In this document: positions 11,557-22,910 of the stretch, one piece after another
Layout of the letters: each line of letters begins with the position of its first letter
How positions within the stretch are numbered: the stretch's first letter is position 1
Assembly: GCF_006345805.1 (NCBI RefSeq)
Contig: NW_021833589.1
Span: forward strand, 7,250 to 71,249
From: Octopus sinensis
Taxonomy: Eukaryota
Direction of reading: 5' to 3'
Length of the DNA: 64,000 bases
Program-made: the position numbers and the translations under genes
Notes under the pieces: generated by a model
Database searches by the model: none
Told to the model about the DNA's origin: nothing
What the model saw: only the letters and a program-made list of their open reading frames with translations

Positions 11557-12539
11557 TCCTGTGTTGTGGGAGTTGATGGTTGTATAGTGGGCCAATTAAT
11601 TATAATTGATTTCTCTAATTAGATTTATCTCATTAATTCACATCATTTGAGATATTCCAGGCAGTCTTGGCAATCTGTCGCCCACAGTAGTGTCCCCGCC
11701 CAGTGACACACACTCTGGTCACCCTTATTGCTGACAGTACGACAATCAATACTAACCAATTATAACGACCCTATTCATATGATTGCACAATTCTGTGTCG
11801 ATATCATTAATACATGCATGCTTATTATTAAACACCCTCAGCACTCCCATTCACGTGTATTTGTTTTGCCAATAGAGAGAGACAGTAAAGAAAGAAATGA
11901 TTTTGTGCATCATTAGAATAAATAGAACTGACTAACTTAATCCCTGAGAGAATATCCCCTCCCCCATCTCGACCAAGAGGAGTACTGGGGTGCAATCCCC
12001 ACCAAATCCACGGACTCTCACGGTGTCTCCGGCTTTTACAAACAACTCAAATATTTTTTTTCGTCTCAAATCGAAACATAAAAAGTTTGTCCGCACAGGA
12101 AACGACGAGTTTACTTAAAGTTTCATCACAATGGACAACATTCCGCACAAAATCTTTTTCCTCAAGGTCCAAATCAAGGACACGGATACACACTGCATCA
12201 TGGGCATCCCACACAGTTTGCCATATCCTGCAGTAACAAAGAACCGATCATCCCATACACGACACATCTGATTCTTCGTCGGGACATTTACAATGACAGG
12301 CATGTCTCTTTCCTCACATTAGCAACTTGGGTGCCTACCTCAGTGGGACGGCCGAGCAAATATTCCGAAGTGACCGAGAACTCGTCTGGGTACAGGCACC
12401 CATCGGCTAAGTCTTTTAAGTGCTCTTCTGACTCTGCCAGCTTTGTTGGGCGAGTTACTGTGGAGTTCGGCGGTCCTCATCGGTTGATTGTTTTTGACCT
12501 CAGGAATACAGCATCGTCACTAAAAAATATCACTGGGAT

Positions 12540-12840
12540 GAACCAAGTGGTTTCTGTGGTGATTGCTGCGTTTTCGACTGTTTTTTATACTATTTTTGGG
12601 GGCATCTACGCGGTCGCCTACACTGATGTGATGCAGTTAATAATCATGATTTTTGATTTTTTCGTCCTCCCCCTGACGATAGCCTACCTGACTCCCCCGC
12701 CGTGAAGTTCTTCGGAATCGGAGCCCTGGTGGCAGCCACAGTGTCCTCAGTGTCGTCACCCGTGTTGGCCGCGGCGTCCCTCCTGACACAGAAAATATAC
12801 GTGGACGTATCCCGACATGAGGTATTGAGGTGGCTGACTC
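12540..12840 (+). pseudogene. SLC5A7-like (sodium:solute symporter, high-affinity choline transporter) fragments
   Basis: FYTIFGGIYAVAYTDVMQL, then VLPLTIAYLTP[frameshift]KFFGIGALVAATVSS..VLAAASLLTQKIY. These are two non-adjacent SLC5A7 segments joined directly. Confidence 0.7.
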
Positions 12841-12849
12841 GAGATATCG

Positions 12850-13560
12850 GGAAAGGAGTGATTGTTATTTGGTTGCTTCCCGATGTACTCGTCAGCAGCC
12901 GTATGGATACCATTCATAATGGACTCCCATGTGTTCTTCGAGGAGAGACCCGGTCCTATACAAGAGATATAGCTCTCCAATGATTTTTGTTAGTTTTCCC
13001 GAGTGAGGGAGGAGTGCAACAGTTTTTCCGTGAGATATCTTTCCTTGTAGCAGATGGGAGTCTTTGCGCGTCGAGGGGCGCATGGTGTATGTTGATGTTG
13101 AAACATCCAACGACCATTTTATGATCACTGTCAACCCGAGATCCTCCATATGATCGGGAGTCGAATAAGGCAGCCTTATCGGCCTGTCGACAAAGAATAT
13201 AATCGATTTGGTTGTAAATTGATGTAGTTTCACCGATCCCATTTGTTCTACTTCCAGTCCATGTGGTCCGATGTCGTGCAGCGTGGCAGAAAGCCTTGTT
13301 ACACAAAAATAGTGAAAAGGTCTCACAGAGATGAGCCAGAAGAGTGCCCGGAAGGTTCCTGTACCCACGGCCATATCGATAACCCTCATGAATACAAGTA
13401 GATAAGTGTTTGTGTGTCACAAAGCCTTGGCCATAGAGGGCAGCAGAATAAGGCGATAGTCCCCATAGACTTGGTCATCCCCGAGTTTCACTTTGGTTTC
13501 TTGTAGACATCCAACCGAGATCCTGTATTTCTTCATGTCCTCACATAGTGCATGTTTTTT
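12850..13560 (-). mobile_element. RTE-like LINE endonuclease fragment
   Basis: TTWTG..YNQIDYILCRQ..DSRSYGG..DSDHKMV; degraded. Confidence 0.7.
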
Positions 13561-13960
13561 CCAAGTCGATTTAAGGCCTCTTACATTGAAAGACATAATA
13601 GATAGTTCGTATGATTGCTTGTGTTATATCAGACATTGTGCAATAGAGGGTCACATATATATGATAAACATTATCTTAAAAAATCGATGAACGGTGTTTT
13701 GCTTTAATTAAAATATTCATTAGAATCAAAAATTATGATTATGATAATTTATAATAAAAAATTATCAATCCTAAACTAGATTAAATTTTTGTCTAGTCAG
13801 TTCTATTAAAACCGATCATAAAATTTTTTCTGGGTTATTCAAAGGTACAGGTTATATTTAATTTCATTCCACGCAATTCTTATATCACGTTGACCTGATC
13901 GGCGGGGTTATCATACTTAATACAAACAACGTCATTTTTTATTTCAATCGGAATTATAAC

Positions 13961-14791
13961 ATGAATGATTACAATAACACATTTTTTGCCTGCAATCCTT
14001 ATGAAGATTTTTTTTTTAATTCTTTTGACCACCAAAATTTAAGGAGATTTCCAGATAACATGACATTTCAACCTATGTACCAGATTCCCGACAATGATTT
14101 GTTTTTAAACCATTACCAGATGAATTCATATGATTTCATACAGGATTATCGAATTTTCGATAACCCTTATTCAGATTACAATCAGCCTTTCATCCAATAT
14201 GAAATTGCTCGTCAGCAAATTCCTGTGACTTTGTACCAGCCTGATGTCAGCGACTTGAGTCTTGCCATTTCCAATAATTACAAGGAAGACAATGTGCCTC
14301 ATCTATTTACTGAACAGGCAACAGTAAATGACGACATGCTTCAAAGAAAGTCTTTGGTAGAATTAGGAAACTATTTCAAGACTAAAAGAATGAACTTTGG
14401 TTACTCACAGTCCGAGATGGCCATTATAATGAAGAGAGGCGGGTTCCCCGTGTGTCAAACGACTATATGCAGATTTGAGTTGGGTAAACTCCCAACTACT
14501 GCAATGGAAAATCTAAAAGATTCTTTTTTGATTGTTCTAGAATCTCTGAAGAAAAACCCAATTTCCAAGTCCCAATTGAATTCGCTCCCGAAAGCCAGAA
14601 AGAAACGAACATGTTTTGATAACAAAACCATAGAATACCTCGAAAATATTTTTTCAGTCATCGTTCAGCCAAACAAAGAAGAAATCGGGAAGATTGTAGC
14701 AAAAACTGACTTGCCAGAATCTGTAGTCCGGAACTGGTTTGGAAACAGAAGACAGAAAAAACGTCAAACTTTTTCTTCACATGATCTATGA
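13961..14791 (+). CDS. Divergent POU-domain homeobox transcription factor (276 aa)
   Basis: POU-specific domain ELGNYFKTKRMNFGYSQSEM..CQTTICRFE and homeodomain RKKRTCF..LENIF..VVRNWFGNRRQKKR in one uninterrupted ORF. Confidence 0.85.
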   Translation: MNDYNNTFFACNPYEDFFFNSFDHQNLRRFPDNMTFQPMYQIPDNDLFLNHYQMNSYDFIQDYRIFDNPYSDYNQPFIQYEIARQQIPVTLYQPDVSDLSLAISNNYKEDNVPHLFTEQATVNDDMLQRKSLVELGNYFKTKRMNFGYSQSEMAIIMKRGGFPVCQTTICRFELGKLPTTAMENLKDSFLIVLESLKKNPISKSQLNSLPKARKKRTCFDNKTIEYLENIFSVIVQPNKEEIGKIVAKTDLPESVVRNWFGNRRQKKRQTFSSHDL

Positions 14792-15125
14792 AATTTTCAA
14801 TAAATACGAGCTTTTTTATCGTGCTATTTTCATGTCCTGACATTAAATAGTCAATTTTAAATACATATTCGAACAATTTCCTTTATATTTATTGAAACAC
14901 GTGTTTATCAAAAAGGCTTTGATTTGGCATGGACGAAGGTCCAAAAAAGGTTGAACAGGCTAATACAATTTACTATCATATTTAAACTTATGTCTGAAAA
15001 AATCAGGTCGATTGGATGTACACACGTGGGGATCTCGGGGGTGTTTTGTCGGGAAATAAAGACTCATTTTTAGTCAGAAATATGTAAAGTTCAGATCCCG
15101 CTTGCAACCAAAAACGCCCAAAAAG

Positions 15126-15536
15126 CTTTTCAAATTTAACCTCCCCCTATATGATCAAAAAAAGTCGAAATTTATTCTGGGATTTTGGCCATTTTTTCAA
15201 ATTTTATATTATTTTTGGACGCTGAATTCAAAAATGTTATCAGATATGAGATTACACGGAAGAGGAGGGAAACCATGGCTTCATACGGTTAATCGTCTCC
15301 TGAACTTTCCACGTGGCTTCTTTGTAATCTTGATGTTTTGCTGCAATAATTAGATTGTCAGCGTATGATAAAAGGATTGTATCTTCGTCGTTTGGATTTG
15401 GGAGATCTCTTGTAAATAAATTGAACAGGATTGGTTATAAGGAGAATCCTTGTGGGACCCCGTTTGGGAGGTATCGTTGTTTTGATTTTCGGTTATTCAT
15501 TATACCGACTAACACCGTGCGACTAACACCGTGCAA
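15126..15536. repeat. Composite duplication: copy of ~11340-11484 fused to a copy of 5135-5398
   Basis: 15126-15270 matches ~11340-11484. 15273-15536 matches 5135-5398 with very few differences and includes the same CTAACACCGTGC tandem duplication. Confidence 0.9.
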
Positions 15537-17281
15537 GCACTGTTAAATGCTTTAACAGTAATAAAATAATGGTATATTTTTTAAAGTATTTAAATTTGTT
15601 AATAAGATCGGGTTATGTCGGATGTAGATGATGATACACATACGAACAATCAACTGAATTTTCACATTAAACAAAAACTGGATTTCATAAATATTTCAAA
15701 TTCTGAATATAAAATGTAATAATATTTTAATATTAATTTTGACATGCCGACGACCATTTGAGGTTTGAGTCACTCTACAACTCCCTCAATGAATCATCCT
15801 TCGACAGCAAAATAGAAATTGCTAAGAAAGAGTTGGCCGATCAGGAAGAACTATATTCCACGTTGATATTGTCGATAGTATCCCTTCTTTTCAACCGATA
15901 GACCAATTTAATAAATGAGAAAGGCACTGAGCACGAGGGAACAATGTCGTGTTCTGACACAATCCAACTATTTATTTATTGCTATTTCAAGACTCTTCTC
16001 GGTCTTTTCAGAATATTTTCCTGCGTGTCTCTGAACAACTTCGACGTCCCTCCCTCGCCCTGGGTTGCCCAGTTGTTGGTGGATTTGGGTGTGTGCAGAA
16101 TCGATCAGCCTAATCCAGAACTGCCGATTTTTAATCTTTACTTTCTACTTTGAGGACTTCGAAACCTGTATTTGCTGGTAATACTAATATTCAGAGACCG
16201 ACATGACTGTTGAAAATCCTACCATAATGATTCCATGAGAATCTTTTCCGTGTTGACGGATACTTTGGATTTTATTGATTATATCTTAACTGAATGATTA
16301 AATATTTTATCTTTCAGTTCATGGTTGTGGCAATTTCACTTTTATAAATTAATTCTATAAACTGACTTACATATAGGGTGATTCGAAAATAATGAATTTA
16401 CACGACTTTCTGGAATATAAGAAACTTTGTTATGTGCAGTATAGAAAGGCTCTCCTGAATCATGTCTGCAACAAACTGAAACAAGTGCGGGAGTACGACT
16501 GGACGTACATAGTAATGGATAGAATTGATTGAGGAGAGCGTTACTGCCATCAACAGTTATTTCCAATTTTGTTTGACTAGAGGGAATGCCAGACATGAAT
16601 TGCAAGACATTATTGTGGTAATTTATTGTTACAGTCTAACCTTCGTTTGGAACATTAATTGTTCCAAAACAAAGGTTGTTCCAAAAATCGTATAAAAATT
16701 TACCGGTCTGCTTACCTTCTGTGTTTGTTTGGTTATTTTTACTCATTATTACAATAAACTTAATTGATTGATTGAACTTGCAAAAGCTTTATCCAGTTTT
16801 CAATTTCATCAAAGATGATGTTTTTTATCATCTTCATTGTCGATTTTTCTTCTCTCACTTCTTATGAACTTTCAGTAACTGCATTATATTTCGTCTTTAG
16901 CAAACAGTTATCTTCTGTTTCTAAGTATTTTCTTTTGGTTGAATGTGATAGAGAGCGGGTGGATATAATAGGTGTTTCTTCATCCACGTTTATTTCATTC
17001 AATTGCTTGGTAATAAAACTGGTTTCTTGCTCACATTCGCTCATCATTTCTTCATCTATTAATATATCTGGTAGAAATTTGAGCTCTTTTTCCTCCTCCT
17101 CAGATAACTCATATGTATCATCCTCTCCCTTGACCTCAGAAAAGAGGCTTTTCACCTACATTGAGGTAATAAAGGAGTAATGCGCCAGCAAACAGCTCTC
17201 GTTAGCAATGGATAAATCCGCTTTCCTACAAATCAACTCGAAAAATCATCAGATCAGAGCTCTGGGCCCCTAACCGAAATT

Positions 17282-19004
17282 ATGCGCCCCAGTTGCATAC
17301 GCTACCTGGGGCTTACAATCGACGCTAACTCGGGCTACCGTCTGCATGTCAAGAAAAAGAGAGCGAAAGCCATTGCGGCTCTCCGCCTCTTAAGAAGCAT
17401 GCATCTGGATCCTAAGACATTCCTCTTCGTGTTCCATGCAACCATCCTACCCAGCTTGCTGTACGGAATGGAAGCATGGTACTACTCGAAAGATCTCGAG
17501 AAAATTTGCGGGAAATGCGAGAAAATGGCTATGCGACAACTCGCCTATAGACGAGTTGTCGCCTAACTCGCCTAAATTTATTTGGCGACAACTCGCCTAC
17601 TTAAAATAAATAAAAAATTTTATTTTTACCAGATTAAATCTAATTAATTAAAATTTCAACAATTTTTTTACTTTAATCTTTATTATGACTGACTTTGAAC
17701 TGCTTAAAAGCCAAAGAAATGGCAAACTTTTACTACACCGGAACTATTTGTATAATACAAATAGAAAAAAAGACGGTCTTACCTATTGGAGGTGCAGAAA
17801 TCGAGAATGCAGGGCGAGGTGCACGGTGGATGCTCAAAACAAGTTGAGCACAAAAAATGCTCATAACCATGGCCCCTTTGAGGATCATGAGATAAAAAGC
17901 ATGAAACTATTTTCTGACCTGAAAGATGCCGCAAAGGCGTCAGAAGACAGAACTATGAATGTGGTGTCAAGAAGCCTCATTGGAGCCAATGTTGACGTCA
18001 TTAAAATATTGCCAAAGGAACGTTCATTGACTCGTCTCGTTCAACGGGAAAGAGAAACACTGATACCAAATTTTGTTCCGACCATTCCTAAAATTCCTGA
18101 AAGTTTGCGATACAGAAAATGCCTACTGTGCATTATTTGAAGAAATAAAGACACTTGTTGTTACTTCACCAGCAATTATTTTAATTGATTTTGAAAAGGG
18201 GTTAATTAACTCCACAAAATCAGTTTTTTCGTCGTCTAATGTATTTGGCTGCAATTTCCATTTCGGCCAAATGATATGGCGGAAAATACAATGTCTTGGT
18301 CTTGTGGGAGCCTACAAAGACGTTTCATCGTGGGAACGAAAATTATTGAGGAAATGCTACCATTTAGCTTTCATCACTGTGGAAAATGTTTTATTGAAAT
18401 TTGAAAAATTTTTTCTTGATGCGACAGGAATGGAGTGTCTGCGATAGACTGCAAAAAGGAACTTGAACTGAGAATAGCATGTGAAAATTTTCATGAATTT
18501 GAAGTAGATTGCTATTTTAAGCTAATTGATGGTTGATTTGCTTTAAAAGTTCAGAATAAAAAGTACTTGTTTTAAAATTTTATTTTATTTACCCTTAAAA
18601 TATTTTTCTTCGTAGACGAGTTGTCGCCAATAAATTTAGGCGAGTTAGGCGACAACTCGCCTGTAGACGAGTTGTCGCTCAACGTTACAGGCTTGACCCG
18701 CGAGGTCCCGTCCCAAGCTGGGCGGAGACCAGATCCTCGGAGATACGACAGGTCATTGAGAAATCTATCCGATCTTCCGGAAAAGAACTCAGGTGACCGA
18801 CCTGTTTATCGATCGGAAACTCTCTGCACTCGTCAAAAATTAATGAACCTACTTTATTAACTCTGGCTTACGACAGATGAATTGGACGCAAGCTCAGAAG
18901 AGTTCAGTTGCCTTGGCATCAGTCTCGTCCTATCACCGTCCTCAATTCCTGTCACTTTCTCTTTCTCTGTTAATTACAATAAACTAAATTCATTCATTCA
19001 TTCA
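17282..19004 (+). mobile_element. LINE 3' portion interrupted by a MULE, ending in AATAAA + (TTCA)3 tail
   Basis: IRYLGLTIDAN..ILPSLLYGMEAW before the MULE; RYRLDPRGPVPSW.. after it; tail at ~18980-19004. Confidence 0.65.
17533..18678 (+). mobile_element. Internally deleted Mutator-like element (FLYWCH + partial MULE transposase)
   Basis: ~68-bp TIRs (GCGACAACTCG..TTGTCGCCTAACTCGCCTAAATTTA) at both ends. FLYWCH motif YWRCRNRECRARC..HNH; IILIDFEKGL..GCNFHF. No TSD was recognised. Confidence 0.85.
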
Positions 19005-19073
19005 CAATGTTGTTTAACTATATAAAACAAAAATAACTCGTCTGAATCGGTTCTGTCTGAAATAAAAAAAAAC

Positions 19074-19190
19074 ATGGCCAGAACTGAACAAACTGCTCGA
19101 AAATCTACTGGAGCGAAAGTTTCAAGGAAACAATCTTCTCGAATCTGCAAAATCTGCTCGCAAGTCTGTTTCACAATTTGCCATCATTGA
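19074..19190 (+). pseudogene. Histone H3 N-terminal tail fragment (copy 2)
   Basis: MARTEQTARKSTGAKVSRKQSSRICKICSQVCFTICHH*, preceded by TATATAAAA at ~19018. Confidence 0.8.
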
Positions 19191-20102
19191 GATATCCCCT
19201 CTGGTATTTACACTGTTTATAAGCTACTAGGTAGAATTGTGTTTTAATTAAAATTATCTTAATTTTTAGTTACCCAATTATTAATTGAAAACCTAATAAA
19301 TTGTGGCACGTGTGAGGATTCTTTTGACATACCTTGTTGTCCTGTTACATTATTTGGTCAATCTTTATTTTTTATTTAATTGGATTAGAAGGAATATTTT
19401 GCGATGTAGTTTCTTTTAATTAATAAATTATCTGAAATTTCATCATTTTTAATATTTGCGAGTTTATTCTTTCAATCTGTTTATATCGTTTATTTGAAAT
19501 CTTCTCATTTATCTTTATTCATTGAATTTTACCTTATTTTTTGATAGAAAGTTCTATTCTTTATATTCTTATGGCAAACTTTTATTTATTTGTTCCCGGA
19601 TTTGGCGATCTTGTATTGTAGCGCCCTAAAATCTAAAATGATCAATTTCTACCAAATTTTAATCATTATTGTTATATTTTTTTCTAGACTTTTTTTGTAA
19701 ACTGAACACGAATTTAATTATTGTTATATTATGTCACGGTCCACGAGTGTGCCTATGCCGTAGGTGTGCCTCCATCGCAATTTTTTTCCGTTTTTTTGTA
19801 AATCGGTGCATCTATTATCGATTAGTCCTAAATCATTATTTATTTAGTTTTTTGTTACTTATTGGAAATATTCCAATGTCGGTGATTACAGCAACAATAA
19901 AAATACTGAAAGTATCACAATTTAAATATTTATATATTTCCTGATTTTATAAAATATGTTTTTAATAACTAATATATATAAAAAAATTGAGTAAAAAATT
20001 TTTTAATTAAAAAAAATCTATAAGGATGGATTGACCCTAACTCTAACCCTAAGGGTGCATTAACTCTAAAACCTAATCATTTAAAATTACAAAAGAATGT
20101 TT

Positions 20103-20840
20103 TTATAATTTTTTTAATTGTGAAAAATGTTTTTTTACCAAAATCCCCTCATCATTCTCAACTTCATAGTTGTCGCCATTCTGTTTCACAACTTTATATA
20201 TAGTCGTATCCACCTGGTCGTAAAGCGGCATCGTTCGATGTGCCGGATTTGTGTTAAAATCTCCTCTTATGAGGACAGAATCACCACTTCCTATACACGT
20301 TTCATCATCCTTCCATCTCCTTCTTTTTTGCATTTTTTCCCCTGCCCTGATTGTGTTCCTCAATGCACCATGACATGCCTATCAACATGCATTAAAATAA
20401 ATTACCTGAACTACTTCCACCTTGGGTTCAAACGCAATGAGATTATTTAAATCATCGCAATTAATTTTTGGAGGATACTGGCAGCCAGTAAAAAGTAAGA
20501 ATGGAGTTTTTTGTGTTGTCTCGTGGACGGTCGTATTGTATCTGAATACGATCCTTCCAAGAAATGGCATATAATCCCAAATGTTCCTTCTGACGCACTT
20601 GTTGAAGACAACCATCTTTTAATCGACTGATTAAATCTATTGAATGAATACTAAAATTATACCTTTCAACTTGTCCCTGAACCCATGGTCCACGAGGACG
20701 CCCAAAAACATGTTTGGTCCCAAACTCCTCACAAAACTTAACCATTTTTGAGTTTTTAAACTCTTTTCCATTATCTGTATGCAGTATGAGGGGAGGACCA
20801 TTCGTATAAAAGATTTTCCTGATAAGATTTACAATTAGAG
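20103..20840 (-). mobile_element. rve integrase remnant (Ginger/Gypsy-like)
   Basis: GPPLILHTDNGKEFKN..GRPRGPWVQGQVERYN..YNTTVHETTQKTPFLLF..YKVVKQ; frameshifted. Confidence 0.85.
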
Positions 20841-20867
20841 AACGAAAATAATTATCGCAATCTAAAG

Positions 20868-21746
20868 CTACTGATGATCGAGAAGACGTTGCCCCTCAGG
20901 TTGGGAGCAAGGGGAGGACTGGAAAATGTTGTTCAGAATTGCTTCGTCAAATTTAAGAAAGCGCATGTACACATTTAAGGAATCTGGTTTGGATAAGAAA
21001 CCTTGAACGAGAGTTGCAAGCTGACTTCGCGAACCGGCCTGAAAAGTCTCAGAACTGAAAGGAAGAAGCGCATCATGTGAACGAGCGATCGAGTTATCAA
21101 ATAAAACGTTCTCCGTAAGCCGTTGTAGGTCTCGGTAGCGCTCAATGGTTCTATCATTCCTTTGAATTGAATGTAGATCTGACGCTAAGTACATCTTGAG
21201 GTAAATGCTTCCGAAGTTTGGTAGAAGATTCGCCGTAGATGGGTCCCAGAAATAGTTTCTGTGAGCCGACTGCGAACGGTCAATTAGGGGGAGGAAAAGA
21301 CGGAGGCGGAGATCCTGCTTCTGAATTGAAAAATCGCCGATGGCGTTCTTCCATTCCAAGAAGTAATCAGGAAAATGAAGATCTCGGATATTGAGACCTC
21401 GATAACTATCAAGTACTTGCTGGATTTCCGGGTCGAATGCATGGCTTTGGTAGGCTTCCAGAATCAGGTACATCACACAGTGTGCTATGTAAAGCTGGCA
21501 TCCCGCGAGGGTACAATCAGATAGACGCTGCTGTGGAACAATGCTCATCACTACGGAATAAATTCGAGAAATGAGTGGTCCGAAAAAGAATGTATCTGGA
21601 GTATAGTCTATCCATGTTATGGTCGACGTCGGTGAACAAAAAGATTTTGAATCGGCCAACAATATGAAAGGGGTGAGATTTACTTCGTAACTCTTTCGTT
21701 GTGCCTTGATCATATCGCCTTTCATCTCGTTTCCTCCTGATGGAGG
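20868..21746 (-). other. Endogenous viral element: probable partitivirus-like capsid protein ORF (285 aa from Met)
   Basis: Non-TE ORF, more GC-rich than its flanks. The pattern YTPDTFFF..CQLYIAHCVMYLILEAY..LHFPDYFLEW..IGDF resembles alpha/betapartitivirus coat proteins as recalled. Confidence 0.5.
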
Positions 21747-22900
21747 TCACGTTCAAAAAGCCATTAACCATAGCCTGAGGATTAGGCGTGATTGACCTAG
21801 AGAACATGAATTTAGGGTGCTTTATCATTGCCGCTATTGCACTCGTACACATAAAGTATCCAGGCAGCGACATAGAGCTAAAAGCAGAGGCTTTAACAAG
21901 GCCTAATCCCTTCTAATAAATGCATAAGTGATCCGGATTTAGGACTTCAAAACAATGCCCTATGAACCTACTCACTTCATTTACATGAGCAGATGCAAAT
22001 AGAGATTCTACCATTACAGCTCTTTCCAGCTCCCTTGGGAACGCTGCACATAGTGATACTACACGTGACAATACTGCATTCCCTGCATTGTAGAAAGGGA
22101 TAGTACAGAATCGTAGTGCAGACATCGGATCTTCAGGACATGTGTACAACATTTTGTCCAAGAGACAGCAAAGCTTATCTAATCCTCTGTCTGGTAGATA
22201 CTTTTGGTACATTTTCAAGACCAAAGACCTCTCAGGCTGGTATGCTGGGTCCAAATTGCGCATCACGGTGTGGTATCTGTCCATGAGAGGATCTACTGCA
22301 TCCGGGTTTCTTTCGGCTGCATGAGCAAATCTTACAGGCGAGAGCGCTTTCATTAAGGCAACTCTCCACTCTTCAAGTGTTGCTCTTCCTCCTTCTGCAC
22401 CAGACTCCCAAATTCATGGCCATCTTTGCTGTTCTGACTTTGAAACCTTTTTCAACTAAGGAATATTCTGTGATATCCTGATACTCTTCAGTGATTTCAA
22501 TGTCTCCAAAATTCGCGGGAGCATCAAATGTATAGTTTATTAAGAAGATAGCTAGACTGGATGTCACTAAATCCTGGTTAAAGTCAGTCATTCGACTCAA
22601 AGTATTTATTATCGCTTGATCGTCCTTCGTATATTTGTATTTTAGCTCTATCATAAATGGTCTATATTCGCGAGCGAAGGTGCCAACCTCCATCTTAACA
22701 TTCATGATCGGCCCTCCACTCATGTACACTTTCTGATAACTAGGGTTATCCCAGTCATTGTCTTTGGGTTGTAAAAATTCCCCGAGAGGAATTGTGCGAG
22801 GTTTTATTTCATCTCCTTCTCTCAGACCGTGTACCTTTTCTATCTGTTGATATTCACTTTCTCCAATTGAATCTTTTACAAAATCTGCGAAGTTTCTCAT
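21747..22900 (-). pseudogene. Endogenous viral element: rhabdovirus-like nucleoprotein (one frameshift, one in-frame stop, 3'-truncated)
   Basis: KLCCLLDKMLYTCPEDPMSALRFCTI and EVLNPDHLCIY*KGLGLVKASAFSSMSLP align without gaps to recalled VSV N KIVAAVDMFFHMFKKHECASFRYGTI and EIDKADSYMPYLIDFGLSSKSPYSSVKNP. Frameshift within 22375-22415; TAG at 21913-21915. Confidence 0.8.
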
Positions 22901-22910
22901 ATATGATGAC

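Noticed and set aside
11940-12500. GC-richer, coding-like stretch with a faint Cys/His (PHD-like) pattern on the minus strand
   Set aside because: It has multiple stops and frameshifts and no motif that can be assigned confidently.
16862-17155. Acidic 97-aa ORF
   Set aside because: Low-complexity sequence with no recognisable domain; probably a TE or gene remnant.
20030-20075. CCCTAA-like telomeric hexamers
   Set aside because: Only two or three degenerate units; consistent with chance.
21517-21746. Reading the N-like frame through to its stop at 21517 as a complete nucleoprotein overlapping the next ORF
   Set aside because: The sequence after ~21745 looks like the shadow frame of the 285-aa ORF. 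A chimeric junction is the more parsimonious reading, though not proven.
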